Source of the DNA: Bdellovibrionales bacterium
GTDB taxonomy: Bacteria; Bdellovibrionota; UBA1018; CAIMNF01
Assembly: GCA_040380025.1 (NCBI GenBank)
Contig: JBEIJY010000004.1
Span: forward strand, 1 to 64,000
Reading direction: 5' to 3'
DNA: 64,000 bases
Shown here: positions 48,136-58,427 of the stretch, in pieces
Layout of the letters: every line of letters starts with the position of its first letter
How positions within the stretch are numbered: position 1 is the stretch's first letter
Translations under genes and position numbers: made by a program
Notes under the pieces: model-generated
What the model saw: only the letters and a program-made list of their open reading frames with translations
Databases searched by the model: none
Told to the model about the DNA's origin: nothing

Positions 48136-50133
48136 TCATCGAAACTGCGGATGCCGCCGTACGCGTTCTTCGAAGTGCTCGCGATCGGCACTGTCGAGCC
48201 CCGTGGGAGCCTTCGCCCCGCTCCGCTCCCAGCGCGCAAGCCACTCCGCTCCGAGCAGGCTTTTTTGATGGTGCGGATCGGGCTCCTTGCGAAATGCCAC
48301 GGTCGTTTCGGACTTCGGCCCCGTTGCGGCTCCCGCTCCGACATAAAAGCCTTCTGAGAGCAAAATCGCCCGCACCAGGGTCGAAACCGAATAGGTCATG
48401 AGCATGGCGGGCTTTTGGTCGAGCGCGCGATACAGCATGGCGAATGCCTCGCGGGTCCATAAGGGGGAATCCACCTTGGTCGAGAATGGATCATAAAAAA
48501 TGAGATCTGGTTTTTCGGCGTCACGATGGCACTCCAAAAAATCGCCCTCGAACAGCCGCCATGACAGACCCCCGGCAGGGCTCTGCCATGATCCTGATTC
48601 CAGAAGCGCATGAGGTGCCGCATGACGAAGGTGTCGAAACCCGTGCGTGTGCCGGAGCGCAAGACGGAGCGGATCGAGATCGATCTCGAAGCTCTCGATT
48701 CGGATCTTTTTCGGGGCCGCGAGGCCAGCGAACTCTTGGACGACCGCCATCGCATTCGAAGCGGCCCCGAGCCCCACATCCCAGATCACGACTTCGTCCT
48801 GCCCGCGCAGTCGCTCGTCGATTCGCGATGGAGCCAGATACACATTCCGCGCCTCTTCTTCGGGCGGATTCACCGAGTGCATGATCTCGCCCGAGCTCAC
48901 TTGCTTGATGCTGAAGAAGCCCTTGCCGGAGTCATGGACCTCGTAATCCCCGAGGCGCCGGCGTTTTTCGGAGCGCTTCGGTTTTTCGGGAATAAAGGGC
49001 GTCGAAGGATTCTCTTCGTCGCTTCGCACGAGTTCCTCACGCTTTTTTTCGTAATAGCCCAAAAACCGGTCTTCCAGGATGCTCTCGCGGATCTCGCGCA
49101 TGAGTCCGTGATAAAAATGCAAATTGTGGCGGGCGATGAGATGCCAGCCCAGAACCTCGTCCGATTTGACCAGATGATGAAGATACGCACGGGAGTAATG
49201 CGCGCAGGTATCGCAGGGGCATTTTGAATCGAGTGCGATGTCGGCGAACTTGTAGACACTCCGTCGCAGCTGGAACTTTCCGGCCGAGGTGAAGGCCACG
49301 CCTCGTTGTGCGAGCTGGGAGGGAAGAATGCAGTCGAACATGTCGACTCCGCGATGGACGGCTTCGAGAATGTCGATCGGCGTTCCGACTCCCATCAGGT
49401 AGCGGGGCAGATGCGACGGAAGCATGGCGGCGGCGATCCCGGTGAATCGCTCGCGCTCCTCTTTTGGTTCGCCGACGGCAAGGCCGCCGATCGCGAACCC
49501 GTCAAAGGGAAGCCCGGTCAAAAAGCGCGCGCTTTCCTCGCGGAGCTTCGGAAAGCATGCTCCCTGCACGATCGCGAACATCGACTGCGGCGAATCCCCG
49601 CGCGCCTGCAGGCTCCGGATCGCCCAGCGATGCGTGAGTTCCATCGCGGCGCGGGCCTCGTCAATTCCTGCGGTCGAGGGAATGCACTGATCGAGCACCA
49701 TCATGATGTCGCTTCCGATCGCTTTTTGGGTCTCGATGCTGAGCTCGGGCGAGAGAAGAATCATGCGCCCGTCGACATAGCTCTGAAACAAGGCCCCCTC
49801 TTCGTTCATCCGCCGCGAGTGCGGGAGCGAGAAAATCTGGAACCCTCCCGAGTCAGTCAGCACGGGCTGATCCCACTTCATGAAGGAATGGATCCCGCCG
49901 AATTTGCGAAACACCTCGGGGCCGGGCCTGAGGAGCAAATGGTAGGTGTTCGCCAAGAGCACCGAGGAGCCGGACTCCTTCAGGGTCTCGACTGTCTGGC
50001 TCTTCACGGTGGCTTGGGTTCCGACGGGCATGAAGACCGGGGTTTTTACTGTGCCATGAAGCGCGGTGAATGACCCCGCGCGGGCGTGCGAGCCGGTGGC
50101 GGTTTTTTCGAGCCTGAAATCAAGTCTGGACAT
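48136..50133 (-). CDS. tgt: tRNA-guanine transglycosylase fused to an MnmC/MnmD-type methyltransferase domain
   Basis: TPVFMPVGT, TDSGGFQ, GGLAVGE, DMFDC and CPCDTC; C-terminal DVGLG, FEGD, YDPFS..LWT and TYS. Confidence 0.92.
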   Translation of the reverse strand: MSRLDFRLEKTATGSHARAGSFTALHGTVKTPVFMPVGTQATVKSQTVETLKESGSSVLLANTYHLLLRPGPEVFRKFGGIHSFMKWDQPVLTDSGGFQIFSLPHSRRMNEEGALFQSYVDGRMILLSPELSIETQKAIGSDIMMVLDQCIPSTAGIDEARAAMELTHRWAIRSLQARGDSPQSMFAIVQGACFPKLREESARFLTGLPFDGFAIGGLAVGEPKEERERFTGIAAAMLPSHLPRYLMGVGTPIDILEAVHRGVDMFDCILPSQLAQRGVAFTSAGKFQLRRSVYKFADIALDSKCPCDTCAHYSRAYLHHLVKSDEVLGWHLIARHNLHFYHGLMREIRESILEDRFLGYYEKKREELVRSDEENPSTPFIPEKPKRSEKRRRLGDYEVHDSGKGFFSIKQVSSGEIMHSVNPPEEEARNVYLAPSRIDERLRGQDEVVIWDVGLGAASNAMAVVQEFAGLAAPKKIRIESFEIDLDPLRLALRHTHGFRHLRHAAPHALLESGSWQSPAGGLSWRLFEGDFLECHRDAEKPDLIFYDPFSTKVDSPLWTREAFAMLYRALDQKPAMLMTYSVSTLVRAILLSEGFYVGAGAATGPKSETTVAFRKEPDPHHQKSLLGAEWLARWERSGAKAPTGLDSADREHFEERVRRHPQFR

Positions 50134-50205
50134 CGGCAGTACCTTACCCGAAAACCCGCGCCTGCGAAATCGAGAACGAGAGACGAAGTGCCCATCTGAG
50201 CCGAT

Positions 50206-51405
50206 TTAGTGGGGCTTTTCGAGACGGGTCAGATCGAGCTTCCAGAGCGCGGGAACACGAAAAACCGTGATCAGAACCGTAAGGAGCGTCATGGTGCCGC
50301 CAAAGACGACCGAGGGAACGGTGCCCAGGAGCCGCGCGGCGGCGCCGGATTCGAACGCCCCGATTTCGTTCGAAGAACCGATGAAAATCGACGAAACCGA
50401 CCCGATCCGGCCCCGCATGTTCTCGGGCGAGGATAGCTGGAGAATCGCACCCCGCACGACCATGCTGACCGCGTCGAGCGCGCCGCTGACGGCAAGCGCC
50501 GCCCACGAAAGCGCATACGTGCGCGAGAGCCCGAACACGAGAATGCTGATCCCGAACCCGAAAACAGAGCCAACAAGGGCTTTTCCCGCATTCTTCGCGA
50601 CCGGATTCCGGATCAAAAAAAACCCCATGATCATGGCGCCGATCGCCGGCGCGGCCCTGAGCCAGCCAAGTCCGGTCGGACCGACGAACAGCACTTCTGC
50701 CGCGAATACCGGAAGAATCGCGGTGACGCCGCCAAAGAGCACCGCGAACATGTCGAGGCTCATGGACGAGAGCAAAAGCGGACTCCGGAACACATAGCGA
50801 AGCCCCGAGAGGACCTCGTTCAGGAATCGCGGCCGCTCCCCCGAATGGTGCCGTACGGGAACATGCGCATAGCGAACGCGCATCAAAAGGATCGAAGCAA
50901 GAATGAGCCCCGAAACCGAGAGCAGATACGGATACCGATACCCGTGAATCCCGAGCAGAATCCCCGCAAGTCCGGGCCCCACCACTCCTGCGAACTGGAA
51001 CGAGAGCGCCGTATAGGCCGACATGCGCTTGATCTCTTCGCGCGAGACCAGCCTTGGAATGATCGCCCCCATCGAGGGGCCCGAAAAGCTCCGCGCGATT
51101 CCTGTCAAAAGCGCCGCCGCGAACAGCTCACGCGGCGTCGTCGCGTGCCACGAGATCAGCACCGAGAGGAAGCTCACGCCCACCACCGAGCGGTACAAAT
51201 ACAGGGGATTCAGCCGATCGACGAGGTAGCCCGAAAACAGGGCCAAAGAGAGGGCCGGAATCGCCTCGGTGAGCCCGATCAGACCGAGCTTGAGCGGATC
51301 GCGGGTCAGCTCGTACATTTGCCAGCCCATCAGCACCGCCTGGGACTGAACGGCAAGAGAGAACAGAAATCGCGCGCCCGTGGCTTTGAAAAATTCAGGA
51401 TTCAT
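50206..51405 (-). CDS. MFS transporter
   Basis: About 12 TM segments; LDMFAVLFGG and GSSNEIGAFESG. Confidence 0.9.
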   Translation of the reverse strand: MNPEFFKATGARFLFSLAVQSQAVLMGWQMYELTRDPLKLGLIGLTEAIPALSLALFSGYLVDRLNPLYLYRSVVGVSFLSVLISWHATTPRELFAAALLTGIARSFSGPSMGAIIPRLVSREEIKRMSAYTALSFQFAGVVGPGLAGILLGIHGYRYPYLLSVSGLILASILLMRVRYAHVPVRHHSGERPRFLNEVLSGLRYVFRSPLLLSSMSLDMFAVLFGGVTAILPVFAAEVLFVGPTGLGWLRAAPAIGAMIMGFFLIRNPVAKNAGKALVGSVFGFGISILVFGLSRTYALSWAALAVSGALDAVSMVVRGAILQLSSPENMRGRIGSVSSIFIGSSNEIGAFESGAAARLLGTVPSVVFGGTMTLLTVLITVFRVPALWKLDLTRLEKPH

Positions 51406-51518
51406 GAAGAGGCTTCAAAATGCCACGGTTTCGCCCGCCCGGCAATCACCCGGCAAATTCTGCCCGTTCAGCTCTGCGTGAGGTCTTCCGAGAGGAAGGC
51501 AGAGAAAGGATTCTCCCC

Positions 51519-52280
51519 ATGCGATTCAATCGAGTCATGCTCTTTGCCGTGGTCCCGATCTTTCTTGCCCTGGTTCCGGCGTGCCGGTTCGGGAACTACT
51601 CCGAACCCCCGAAAAGCATCAAAAACTTCAAAAAAGTGGAGCTCTTCCGGACCCGTCCGTCGAAATTCGAGACCATCGCCATCTACAACGACAACCAATA
51701 CGGTCACAACGACAACGTGCCCCTTTCGGCGATTCCCGCCTCGATTCTCGACAACTTCACCAACCCGGTTTTTCTGGCCGAACCGGTGGCCACGCCGGGA
51801 ATCCAGCTCTTCATCGGCCTGGGCCAGAGCCACTGCATGGCGGACCCCGCGAATTCCTCGTGCATCGGCACGATCATCGATCCCGACGACTCGATCACGG
51901 TCAGCACCTCTTCTGCCTACTCCCAGTTCGGATCCGACCCGGCCTGCACGATGAACCTCGAAATGCAGCAGATCGGCAACCTCGACCGGCGGCAACCGGG
52001 CACGATCACCTACTCGGACGGCTCGACCGGAACAGTGGCCGGCACACTGAATCTTGAGTTCCGCCTGATCCGGAATTTTGAAGGGGACTGCTCGAGAATT
52101 CTCCGGATTCTTGCCGATTGCTACACCTCGGGGGCGGGATGCTCGACCGACGAGCTGTACTGGGCGAACCAGCTCTTTGACCTGTATGTGCGGCAATCGG
52201 GCGCCCTGAAGCTCGAATACGCCGAAAAAATCAAAACTCTGGCCTACATTGCCTATTTTGATTACAGTACGAATCCATGA
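51519..52280 (+). CDS. Hypothetical lipoprotein
   Basis: AAGGA RBS and VPAC lipobox; several Cys. Confidence 0.65.
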   Translation: MRFNRVMLFAVVPIFLALVPACRFGNYSEPPKSIKNFKKVELFRTRPSKFETIAIYNDNQYGHNDNVPLSAIPASILDNFTNPVFLAEPVATPGIQLFIGLGQSHCMADPANSSCIGTIIDPDDSITVSTSSAYSQFGSDPACTMNLEMQQIGNLDRRQPGTITYSDGSTGTVAGTLNLEFRLIRNFEGDCSRILRILADCYTSGAGCSTDELYWANQLFDLYVRQSGALKLEYAEKIKTLAYIAYFDYSTNP

Positions 52281-52915
52281 GATCCGCAAACATCGTGGTT
52301 TTGGCTTCTACCAACCGTCACAAGTTCGAGGAATTCAAAGAACTGTTCGCGTCCTGGCCCGAGGTCTCGATCCGCCCGGCACAAGAGCATGTTCGAAACG
52401 CCGACAAGCTCTCGCTCGTCGAGACCTTTGACCAGTATCGCGACAACGCCGTCGCCAAAGCGCGGGCGTGCAACCATGGTTGCCACTACCCCTCGCTTGC
52501 CGATGATTCCGGCCTTGAAGTCGATGCCCTGGGCGGCGCGCCGGGCGCGCGCTCGCACCGGTTTGCGATTCCGAGGGCGGGAGAGCCCCAAGACACGGCG
52601 AACATCAAGAAGCTTCTCGAAGCCCTGAAGGGCGTTCCGGCCGAAAAGCGCGGCGCGCGCTTTGTGTGCCACCTTGCACTCGTGATGGAAGGAAAGCTCG
52701 TCGAAGTCCAGGGCGTGCTCGAGGGCTCGATTGCAAGCGAAGCATCGGGGAACGGCGGATTCGGGTATGATCCGGTGTTCATCCCGAAGGGCGAGACCCG
52801 GACCCTCGCCGAGCTCGGACCGGCGGTGAAGAACAAGATCTCGCACCGTGCGCTCGCGGTGCTCCGGCTGATGGACGAGATCCGGGCGCGCGAGATCGTG
52901 CTGGCGAAGCCGTAG
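52277..52915 (+). CDS. rdgB: Non-canonical purine NTP pyrophosphatase
   Basis: ASTNRHK, ADDSGL, GFGYDPVF and KNKISHR. Confidence 0.95.
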   Translation: MRSANIVVLASTNRHKFEEFKELFASWPEVSIRPAQEHVRNADKLSLVETFDQYRDNAVAKARACNHGCHYPSLADDSGLEVDALGGAPGARSHRFAIPRAGEPQDTANIKKLLEALKGVPAEKRGARFVCHLALVMEGKLVEVQGVLEGSIASEASGNGGFGYDPVFIPKGETRTLAELGPAVKNKISHRALAVLRLMDEIRAREIVLAKP

Positions 52916-52931
52916 GGCTTTTGATCCCCCC

Positions 52932-53549
52932 TCAATAACTATATCGATAATACAGCCACTTCGCGTACTCCATCGCGGTAACCCGGATCGAGTAGGCATC
53001 GCTCCGCCAGGAGTTCCGGCCGAAGGGGCCGGCATCGAGCGTCTCGGTTCTTAAGACCACATGAGGATCAAGCGCACGCCTCAGAATGAACTCGGCCCGC
53101 CTCATATGGTAACTTGCGGTGACGAGAAGAACATTCTTCCACCCCTTTTGGCGCGCAAACGAGGCGAACAACTGGGCGTTCTCGAAGGTGTTCTCGCTCA
53201 CATTCTCGATCACGAGGTTCGAATCATGAAACAGCCGGATCGCCTCCTCGGGCACCTGCTGGCTTCGAAGCGCACTCACGCCGGTGTCGGGACCGACCCC
53301 CGAAAGAAAGAGCACGGGCTCCCGACCCTCGCCCCGCTGTTCGCGGATGCGCCTCCAATGCTCGACCGCCAAGGGAATGCGCCCCTTACCGCCGGCTAGA
53401 ACGACCACCACCTCGATCTCGCGTCCGTCCCGAAAGGGATCGAAACTGTCGCGGTAATCGTAAATCTCTCCTGCCGCGATCCAGACGAATCCGACCGCGG
53501 CAAGAAAGACTCCGGCTACCAACGAAAGGAGCGCGGCGATGAACTTCAT
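52932..53549 (-). CDS. YdcF/DUF218 family protein
   Basis: VVLAGG..R, SENTFENA and LVTASYHMRRA. Confidence 0.9.
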   Translation of the reverse strand: MKFIAALLSLVAGVFLAAVGFVWIAAGEIYDYRDSFDPFRDGREIEVVVVLAGGKGRIPLAVEHWRRIREQRGEGREPVLFLSGVGPDTGVSALRSQQVPEEAIRLFHDSNLVIENVSENTFENAQLFASFARQKGWKNVLLVTASYHMRRAEFILRRALDPHVVLRTETLDAGPFGRNSWRSDAYSIRVTAMEYAKWLYYRYSY

Positions 53550-53553
53550 CGGA

Positions 53554-53937
53554 TCACTGTTTTACGGCGATCACTTCGATTTCGACGAGCACGTCTTTCG
53601 GGAGCCGCGCCACTTCGACTGTCGAACGCGCCGGGAACGGGGGAATGAAGCTCTCGGCGTAGATCGCATTCACTTTCGGGAAATCCCCCATGTTCTTCAA
53701 GAAAATGGTCGTCTTCACGACATTGCCGAAACCCAATCCGGCCTGCTTCAGCACGGCCGAGATGTTCTTCATGACCTGATGGGTCTGCGCCTCGACATTC
53801 CCCTCGCCCACGATGGCTCCGCTTGCGGGATCGGACCCGACTTGTCCCGAGCAAAACACAAAGTTGCCGACTTCAATCGCTTGGGCATAAGGTCCGATCG
53901 GTGCGGGTGCGTTCTGGGTCAGAATTTCTTTTTTCAT
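53554..53937 (-). CDS. ridA: RidA family enamine/imine deaminase
   Basis: APIGPYAQA, SGQ and PARSTVEVARLP. Confidence 0.95.
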   Translation of the reverse strand: MKKEILTQNAPAPIGPYAQAIEVGNFVFCSGQVGSDPASGAIVGEGNVEAQTHQVMKNISAVLKQAGLGFGNVVKTTIFLKNMGDFPKVNAIYAESFIPPFPARSTVEVARLPKDVLVEIEVIAVKQ

Positions 53938-53939
53938 TT

Positions 53940-56231
53940 CTACAGTTCCTTTCCTTCTCTGCGGGCATTGTACACTTCAAAGGCGGTGATTGCCGCCATA
54001 TTCACGATGTCGTTCACATCCGATCCGCGCTGGAGCACGCAGACCGGCTTGTTCATCCCGACCAGAATCGGGCCGATGGCCTCGACTCCGCCCATGCGCC
54101 AAACGAGCTTGTAGGCGATGTTCGCCGCATGAAGATTCGGGAAGATCAGGATGTTCGCATCACCGGGAACCTGATTGAACGGGAAGCTCTCGGACGAGAT
54201 GTCGGGCTTCAGGGCCGTATCGGCTTGCATCTCTCCGTCCACGATGAGCCCGGGATGGCGCTCGCGCAGGATTTTCACGGCATTTCGGGGCGCGTGGGTT
54301 GCGGGGTGATCGTTCGAGCCAAAGTTCGAGAACGACAGCATCGCGACTCTGGGCTCGGTACCGGTCGAGGTCTTGACGAGCTCGGCCGTGGTGGCGGCGA
54401 TGTTCGCAAGCGCCTCGGCATCGGGCTCGACATTGATGGTGGTATCGGCGAACCAGTAGGTCTTCTTTTTGTTCGCGATCATGTAAATTCCGGCCAGGGT
54501 CTTGCCGGGCTTCACGCCGATCACCTGGAGCGCGGGCTTCAGGGTATCAGGATAGCTCTGGGCGATCCCGCCGATGGTTCCATCGGCAAGGCCCTCCTCG
54601 ACCATCATCGCCGCAAAGTAGGTGCTTTGCTTCATGAGGACCTCGGCATTGGCGAGGGTCACCCCCTTGCGCTGGCGCTTCTGAAAAAACCGCTCGGCAA
54701 AGCGCGGCAGAAGCTCGCTTTGCGAGGGCCGGATGATCTGCACGCCGTCGAGCGCGTCCTCGAGCCCGAGACGCACGATCTCGGCGCGGATTTTCTCGGG
54801 GTTTCCGAGCAGAATCGGCTCGCAGACATTGTCATCGCGGACGATCTTCGCCGCATGCAGGATTTTTTGATGCTCGCCTTCGGGGAACACGAGCGTGATT
54901 TTGCGCCCGAGGTCGCGCTCGGCCTTGCGCACCTGCTTGCGGACGAACCGCATGGCCGTATAGGTGAATCCCAAAAAGCTCTCGAGCTTCTCGCGGTAGG
55001 CCTTGGTGTCGATCGTGATCCGCGCCACACCCGAATCCATCGCGGCTTGCGCCACGGCGGGAGCCACATACAACAGCGCACGCCGGTCGAAGGGTTTCGG
55101 AATCAGATAATCGCGGCCGAACTTGAACTGCTGACCGCCATAGGCGCGCGAAACATACTCGGGCACGTCTTCTTTTGCGAGCTGGGCCAGCGCCTTCACG
55201 GCGGCCATCTTCATCTCTTCGTTGATCGCCATCGCGCGCGTATCGAGCGCGCCACGGAAGATGAACGGAAAGCCCAGCACGTTGTTCACCTGGTTCGGAT
55301 AATCCGAACGGCCCGTGGCGATGATCGCATCGGTCCGGACGCTCAGGATCTCTTCGGGAAGGATCTCGGGCTCGGGGTTCGCCATCGCAAAAATGATCGG
55401 GTCGCGATTCATCTTCGCGACCATTTCTTTGGTCACGATGCCCTTCACCGAAACTCCGACGAATGCGTCGGCGCCGTCCAAGGCTTCGCCCACCGTGCGT
55501 TTGTGGGTCTCGACCGCGAAGCGGTCTTTATAGGGATTCATCCCCTCGGTGCGGCCCTTGTAAATCACACCCTTCGAATCGCACATGATGATGTTCGAGC
55601 GCTTCACGCCGAGGTTGATGTACAGGTTCGCGCATGCGATCGCGGCCGCGCCGCCTCCGCAGAACACGACCTTCATGTCTTCGATCTTTTTGTTCACAAG
55701 CTCGAGTGCATTCAAGAAGGCCGCGCCGCTGATCACCGCCGTGCCGTGCTGGTCGTCGTGGAACACGGGGATTTTGAGCCGTTTTTTTAACTCTTCTTCG
55801 ATGTAAAAGCACTCGGGCGCCTTGATGTCCTCGAGGTTGATCCCCCCGAAGGTGGGTTCGAGCATCTCGCAGGCCCGGATCACATCGTCCGGATTCGGGG
55901 CGTTCAGCTCGATATCGAACACGTCGATGTCGGCGAACTTCTTGAAGAGAATGCCCTTTCCCTCCATCACGGGCTTCGAGGCCTGGGCCCCGATGTTCCC
56001 GAGTCCCAGAACCGCCGTTCCGTTCGAAACCACCGCCACGAGGTTGCCCTTGGTGGTGTACTCGTAGGCCAAGTTCGGGTCTTCTGCGATCTTCACGCAG
56101 GGTTCCGCGACACCCGGGCTGTAGGCAAGAGAGAGATCCTTCTGGGTGGTGACCGCTTTGGTGGGAATGACTTCGATCTTTCCCTTGCGGCCACTGGAGT
56201 GGTACTCGAGCGACTCTTTGTAGATTGACAT
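53940..56231 (-). CDS. maeB: NADP-dependent malic enzyme with PTA domain
   Basis: LAYSPGVAEPC, GINLEDI, HDDQHGT and C-terminal DGEMQAD/GPILVG. Confidence 0.96.
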   Translation of the reverse strand: MSIYKESLEYHSSGRKGKIEVIPTKAVTTQKDLSLAYSPGVAEPCVKIAEDPNLAYEYTTKGNLVAVVSNGTAVLGLGNIGAQASKPVMEGKGILFKKFADIDVFDIELNAPNPDDVIRACEMLEPTFGGINLEDIKAPECFYIEEELKKRLKIPVFHDDQHGTAVISGAAFLNALELVNKKIEDMKVVFCGGGAAAIACANLYINLGVKRSNIIMCDSKGVIYKGRTEGMNPYKDRFAVETHKRTVGEALDGADAFVGVSVKGIVTKEMVAKMNRDPIIFAMANPEPEILPEEILSVRTDAIIATGRSDYPNQVNNVLGFPFIFRGALDTRAMAINEEMKMAAVKALAQLAKEDVPEYVSRAYGGQQFKFGRDYLIPKPFDRRALLYVAPAVAQAAMDSGVARITIDTKAYREKLESFLGFTYTAMRFVRKQVRKAERDLGRKITLVFPEGEHQKILHAAKIVRDDNVCEPILLGNPEKIRAEIVRLGLEDALDGVQIIRPSQSELLPRFAERFFQKRQRKGVTLANAEVLMKQSTYFAAMMVEEGLADGTIGGIAQSYPDTLKPALQVIGVKPGKTLAGIYMIANKKKTYWFADTTINVEPDAEALANIAATTAELVKTSTGTEPRVAMLSFSNFGSNDHPATHAPRNAVKILRERHPGLIVDGEMQADTALKPDISSESFPFNQVPGDANILIFPNLHAANIAYKLVWRMGGVEAIGPILVGMNKPVCVLQRGSDVNDIVNMAAITAFEVYNARREGKEL

Positions 56232-56273
56232 GATCTTTGCTTTCCTTAGGGGAGAGAAGGTAGGATAAAAGAG

Positions 56274-57581
56274 ATGGAAACTCAAGTATCGGTTTGGTCG
56301 GCCACACGAGCGATGATTTTGATTTCACTCGGGCTCACCACGATCATAGGTCCGGCACACGCTCACACCATGCTGAGGCCTTTCCAGAACCGGACGGCCT
56401 CGCATTCGGGTGCGTTTTTGGATCCTCGAGTCGGTTTTTTTTCGACCTCTGAGAACTTCAACCAATCCGGAACCCGGACACCGGTCGCAGATCAGGTCAC
56501 GAACACGCGGATCACGCTCGACGTAAACCTGACCTACGGAGTGACCGATGATTGGTTCCTCTTCGGGCGGATCTCTTCGCTCTCGAGCCGAATCTCGAAT
56601 CCCGCCGGGACCGGCGAACGATCGGCCTTCAATCTTTCAGACCAGCTGATCGGAAGCTCCTTCCGGGTGTTGAGCGACTCGGCGTTTTCGTTGAACGTGC
56701 AAGCGGAGCTCACCCTCCCCGCCTACAGCAACGAAAGTGCGGCCCTGTCTGGCTCGCCCTACATGGGAGACGGTACGATCGATGTGACGGGCGGCCTCTT
56801 TGCCGAGATCCCCGTCGACTCGGCGGGGGAACTGCTGGTCGAGATCGGCGGAGGCTACACGCACCGCTCGAAGGGATTTTCTTCGGCCATTCCGTGGAGT
56901 GCGCTGTTCAAGCGGGACCCGGTTCGAAGCGGATTTTTGTTCGAGGCCGGAATGATGGGCCAGGTCTCGCTCAATACCGATGCGAATGCGACCCAAGGCA
57001 CCCTCCTTGCAGCCTCGGCGGTGGAGCGTGCGCGCGGAGCCGGGATGCTGGGAGGATCGGACGGAAGCTATCTTCTGCAAGGGATCAATCCCGCCTTTTT
57101 GATGATTGCCGCAAAGGCCGGATTCAAAACGAAGTCCGGCACCGGATTCTATGCGAGCGGAGCGTTTCCGATCTCGGGAACGAATGTTCCGTTCGGGGTT
57201 TCTGCCACGATCGGCGCGTTGTTTGACCTCTCGGCCCCTGCGGCCCGGGCCGAAGAGACCATGCCCGCGAAGAATGCCGCTCGATCCCGCCCCGGCACGC
57301 GCGTGCTCCTGACTCCCGAACGACGATTCCGCTCGTATGATCTCGAAGCGAAAGTCACCTCGTACAACGACTCGCTCTACTTGGTGAAGATCGACAAGGG
57401 AGCGGCGGAGATGGTCGAGAACGGACAGCTTTTTGACATCTTTTCGGGAACGGGACAAGAGCCCATCGCCCGGGCGCAGGTGTCGTATGTCAGGGCTGAC
57501 GAGGCGGCATTGACCGTGTTAGAATATTATCAAGACACTTGGATTGAAAAAGGCTCGATCGCCCGACGCGTGGTCCGCTGA
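56274..57581 (+). CDS. Putative outer-membrane beta-barrel protein with a small C-terminal domain
   Basis: Signal peptide ending AHA, amphipathic strands, linker and VKIDKG..GQLFDI domain. Confidence 0.6.
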   Translation: METQVSVWSATRAMILISLGLTTIIGPAHAHTMLRPFQNRTASHSGAFLDPRVGFFSTSENFNQSGTRTPVADQVTNTRITLDVNLTYGVTDDWFLFGRISSLSSRISNPAGTGERSAFNLSDQLIGSSFRVLSDSAFSLNVQAELTLPAYSNESAALSGSPYMGDGTIDVTGGLFAEIPVDSAGELLVEIGGGYTHRSKGFSSAIPWSALFKRDPVRSGFLFEAGMMGQVSLNTDANATQGTLLAASAVERARGAGMLGGSDGSYLLQGINPAFLMIAAKAGFKTKSGTGFYASGAFPISGTNVPFGVSATIGALFDLSAPAARAEETMPAKNAARSRPGTRVLLTPERRFRSYDLEAKVTSYNDSLYLVKIDKGAAEMVENGQLFDIFSGTGQEPIARAQVSYVRADEAALTVLEYYQDTWIEKGSIARRVVR

Positions 57582-57610
57582 CGCGCAGGCAAGGCCAAAA
57601 GGGGGCAGGA

Positions 57611-58402
57611 ATGGTCGGTTCGCTGGGAATTCGGAGCAAAAAATTCGCACTCGCACTGGCGTGGATTCTGGCGGGCCTCTCGTTCGCGCTCCCCGCGACG
57701 GCGGGCAAATGGTCGAACCAGTTCGTCGAGTTCGAGCTTCCCGCCTCGTGGGTTTGCCTGCTCGAAGGAACCGAGTGGGTCTGCCAGAACCAGCTCGATG
57801 CAGACAAAAAAAAGGAAGCGATCATCATCCTCGCCGCGAAAATCCAGGGCGATCAGGACACGCTCGATCAGTATCTTTCGTATCTGAAGAGCCCGAAGAC
57901 CTACACCAACTCGCAGGGCAAATCGATCACCTCGGAAGTGAAGGTTGCGCAGAATCGCACGATCCATGAGCATCCGTGGGTGGACTCGCTCCATGTCGAC
58001 TCCGAAGTCCAGGGGTTCTACACCCGCTACCTCGCGACCGTGAAGCAAGGTCTCGGAATTCTCGTGACCTACTCGGTGAACAAGAACAAATACTCCGAAT
58101 ACAGCGGCATGTTCGAAGACATGGTGAAGTCGCTGAAGGCCTTCCGGCGCGAGGGCGGACTGAACGCCGCACCAGCCACCTCGAATCTGTTCGGCTCGGC
58201 GAAGATCCCGACCGGGATTTCGAACGACACTGTGTTCGATCCCGTTGCCGGAGCAACCGACGAGAAGCCGAAACCCGTCAAAAAGGCCGGACTCGAAGGA
58301 CTGCTTGAGGATCTCATGGCGGATCCGTTGCTGTTTTACGGTTCGATCGGCGTGGTGGCGATCCTGTTGCTCACCGCCCTGAAGAAGAAGCGCAATTCCT
58401 GA
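57611..58402 (+). CDS. Hypothetical periplasmic protein with C-terminal membrane anchor
   Basis: Signal peptide, WVCLLEGTEWVC, C-terminal TM followed by KKKR. Confidence 0.75.
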   Translation: MVGSLGIRSKKFALALAWILAGLSFALPATAGKWSNQFVEFELPASWVCLLEGTEWVCQNQLDADKKKEAIIILAAKIQGDQDTLDQYLSYLKSPKTYTNSQGKSITSEVKVAQNRTIHEHPWVDSLHVDSEVQGFYTRYLATVKQGLGILVTYSVNKNKYSEYSGMFEDMVKSLKAFRREGGLNAAPATSNLFGSAKIPTGISNDTVFDPVAGATDEKPKPVKKAGLEGLLEDLMADPLLFYGSIGVVAILLLTALKKKRNS

Positions 58403-58427
58403 TCATCCGATCCGGATCACTTCTCGA

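Noticed and set aside
53823..55790. Long antisense ORFs (also 27638-28825, 29871-30986, 31044-32351, 58605-59720, 62625-63911)
   Set aside because: Shadow frames of GC-rich housekeeping genes with no recognisable motifs.
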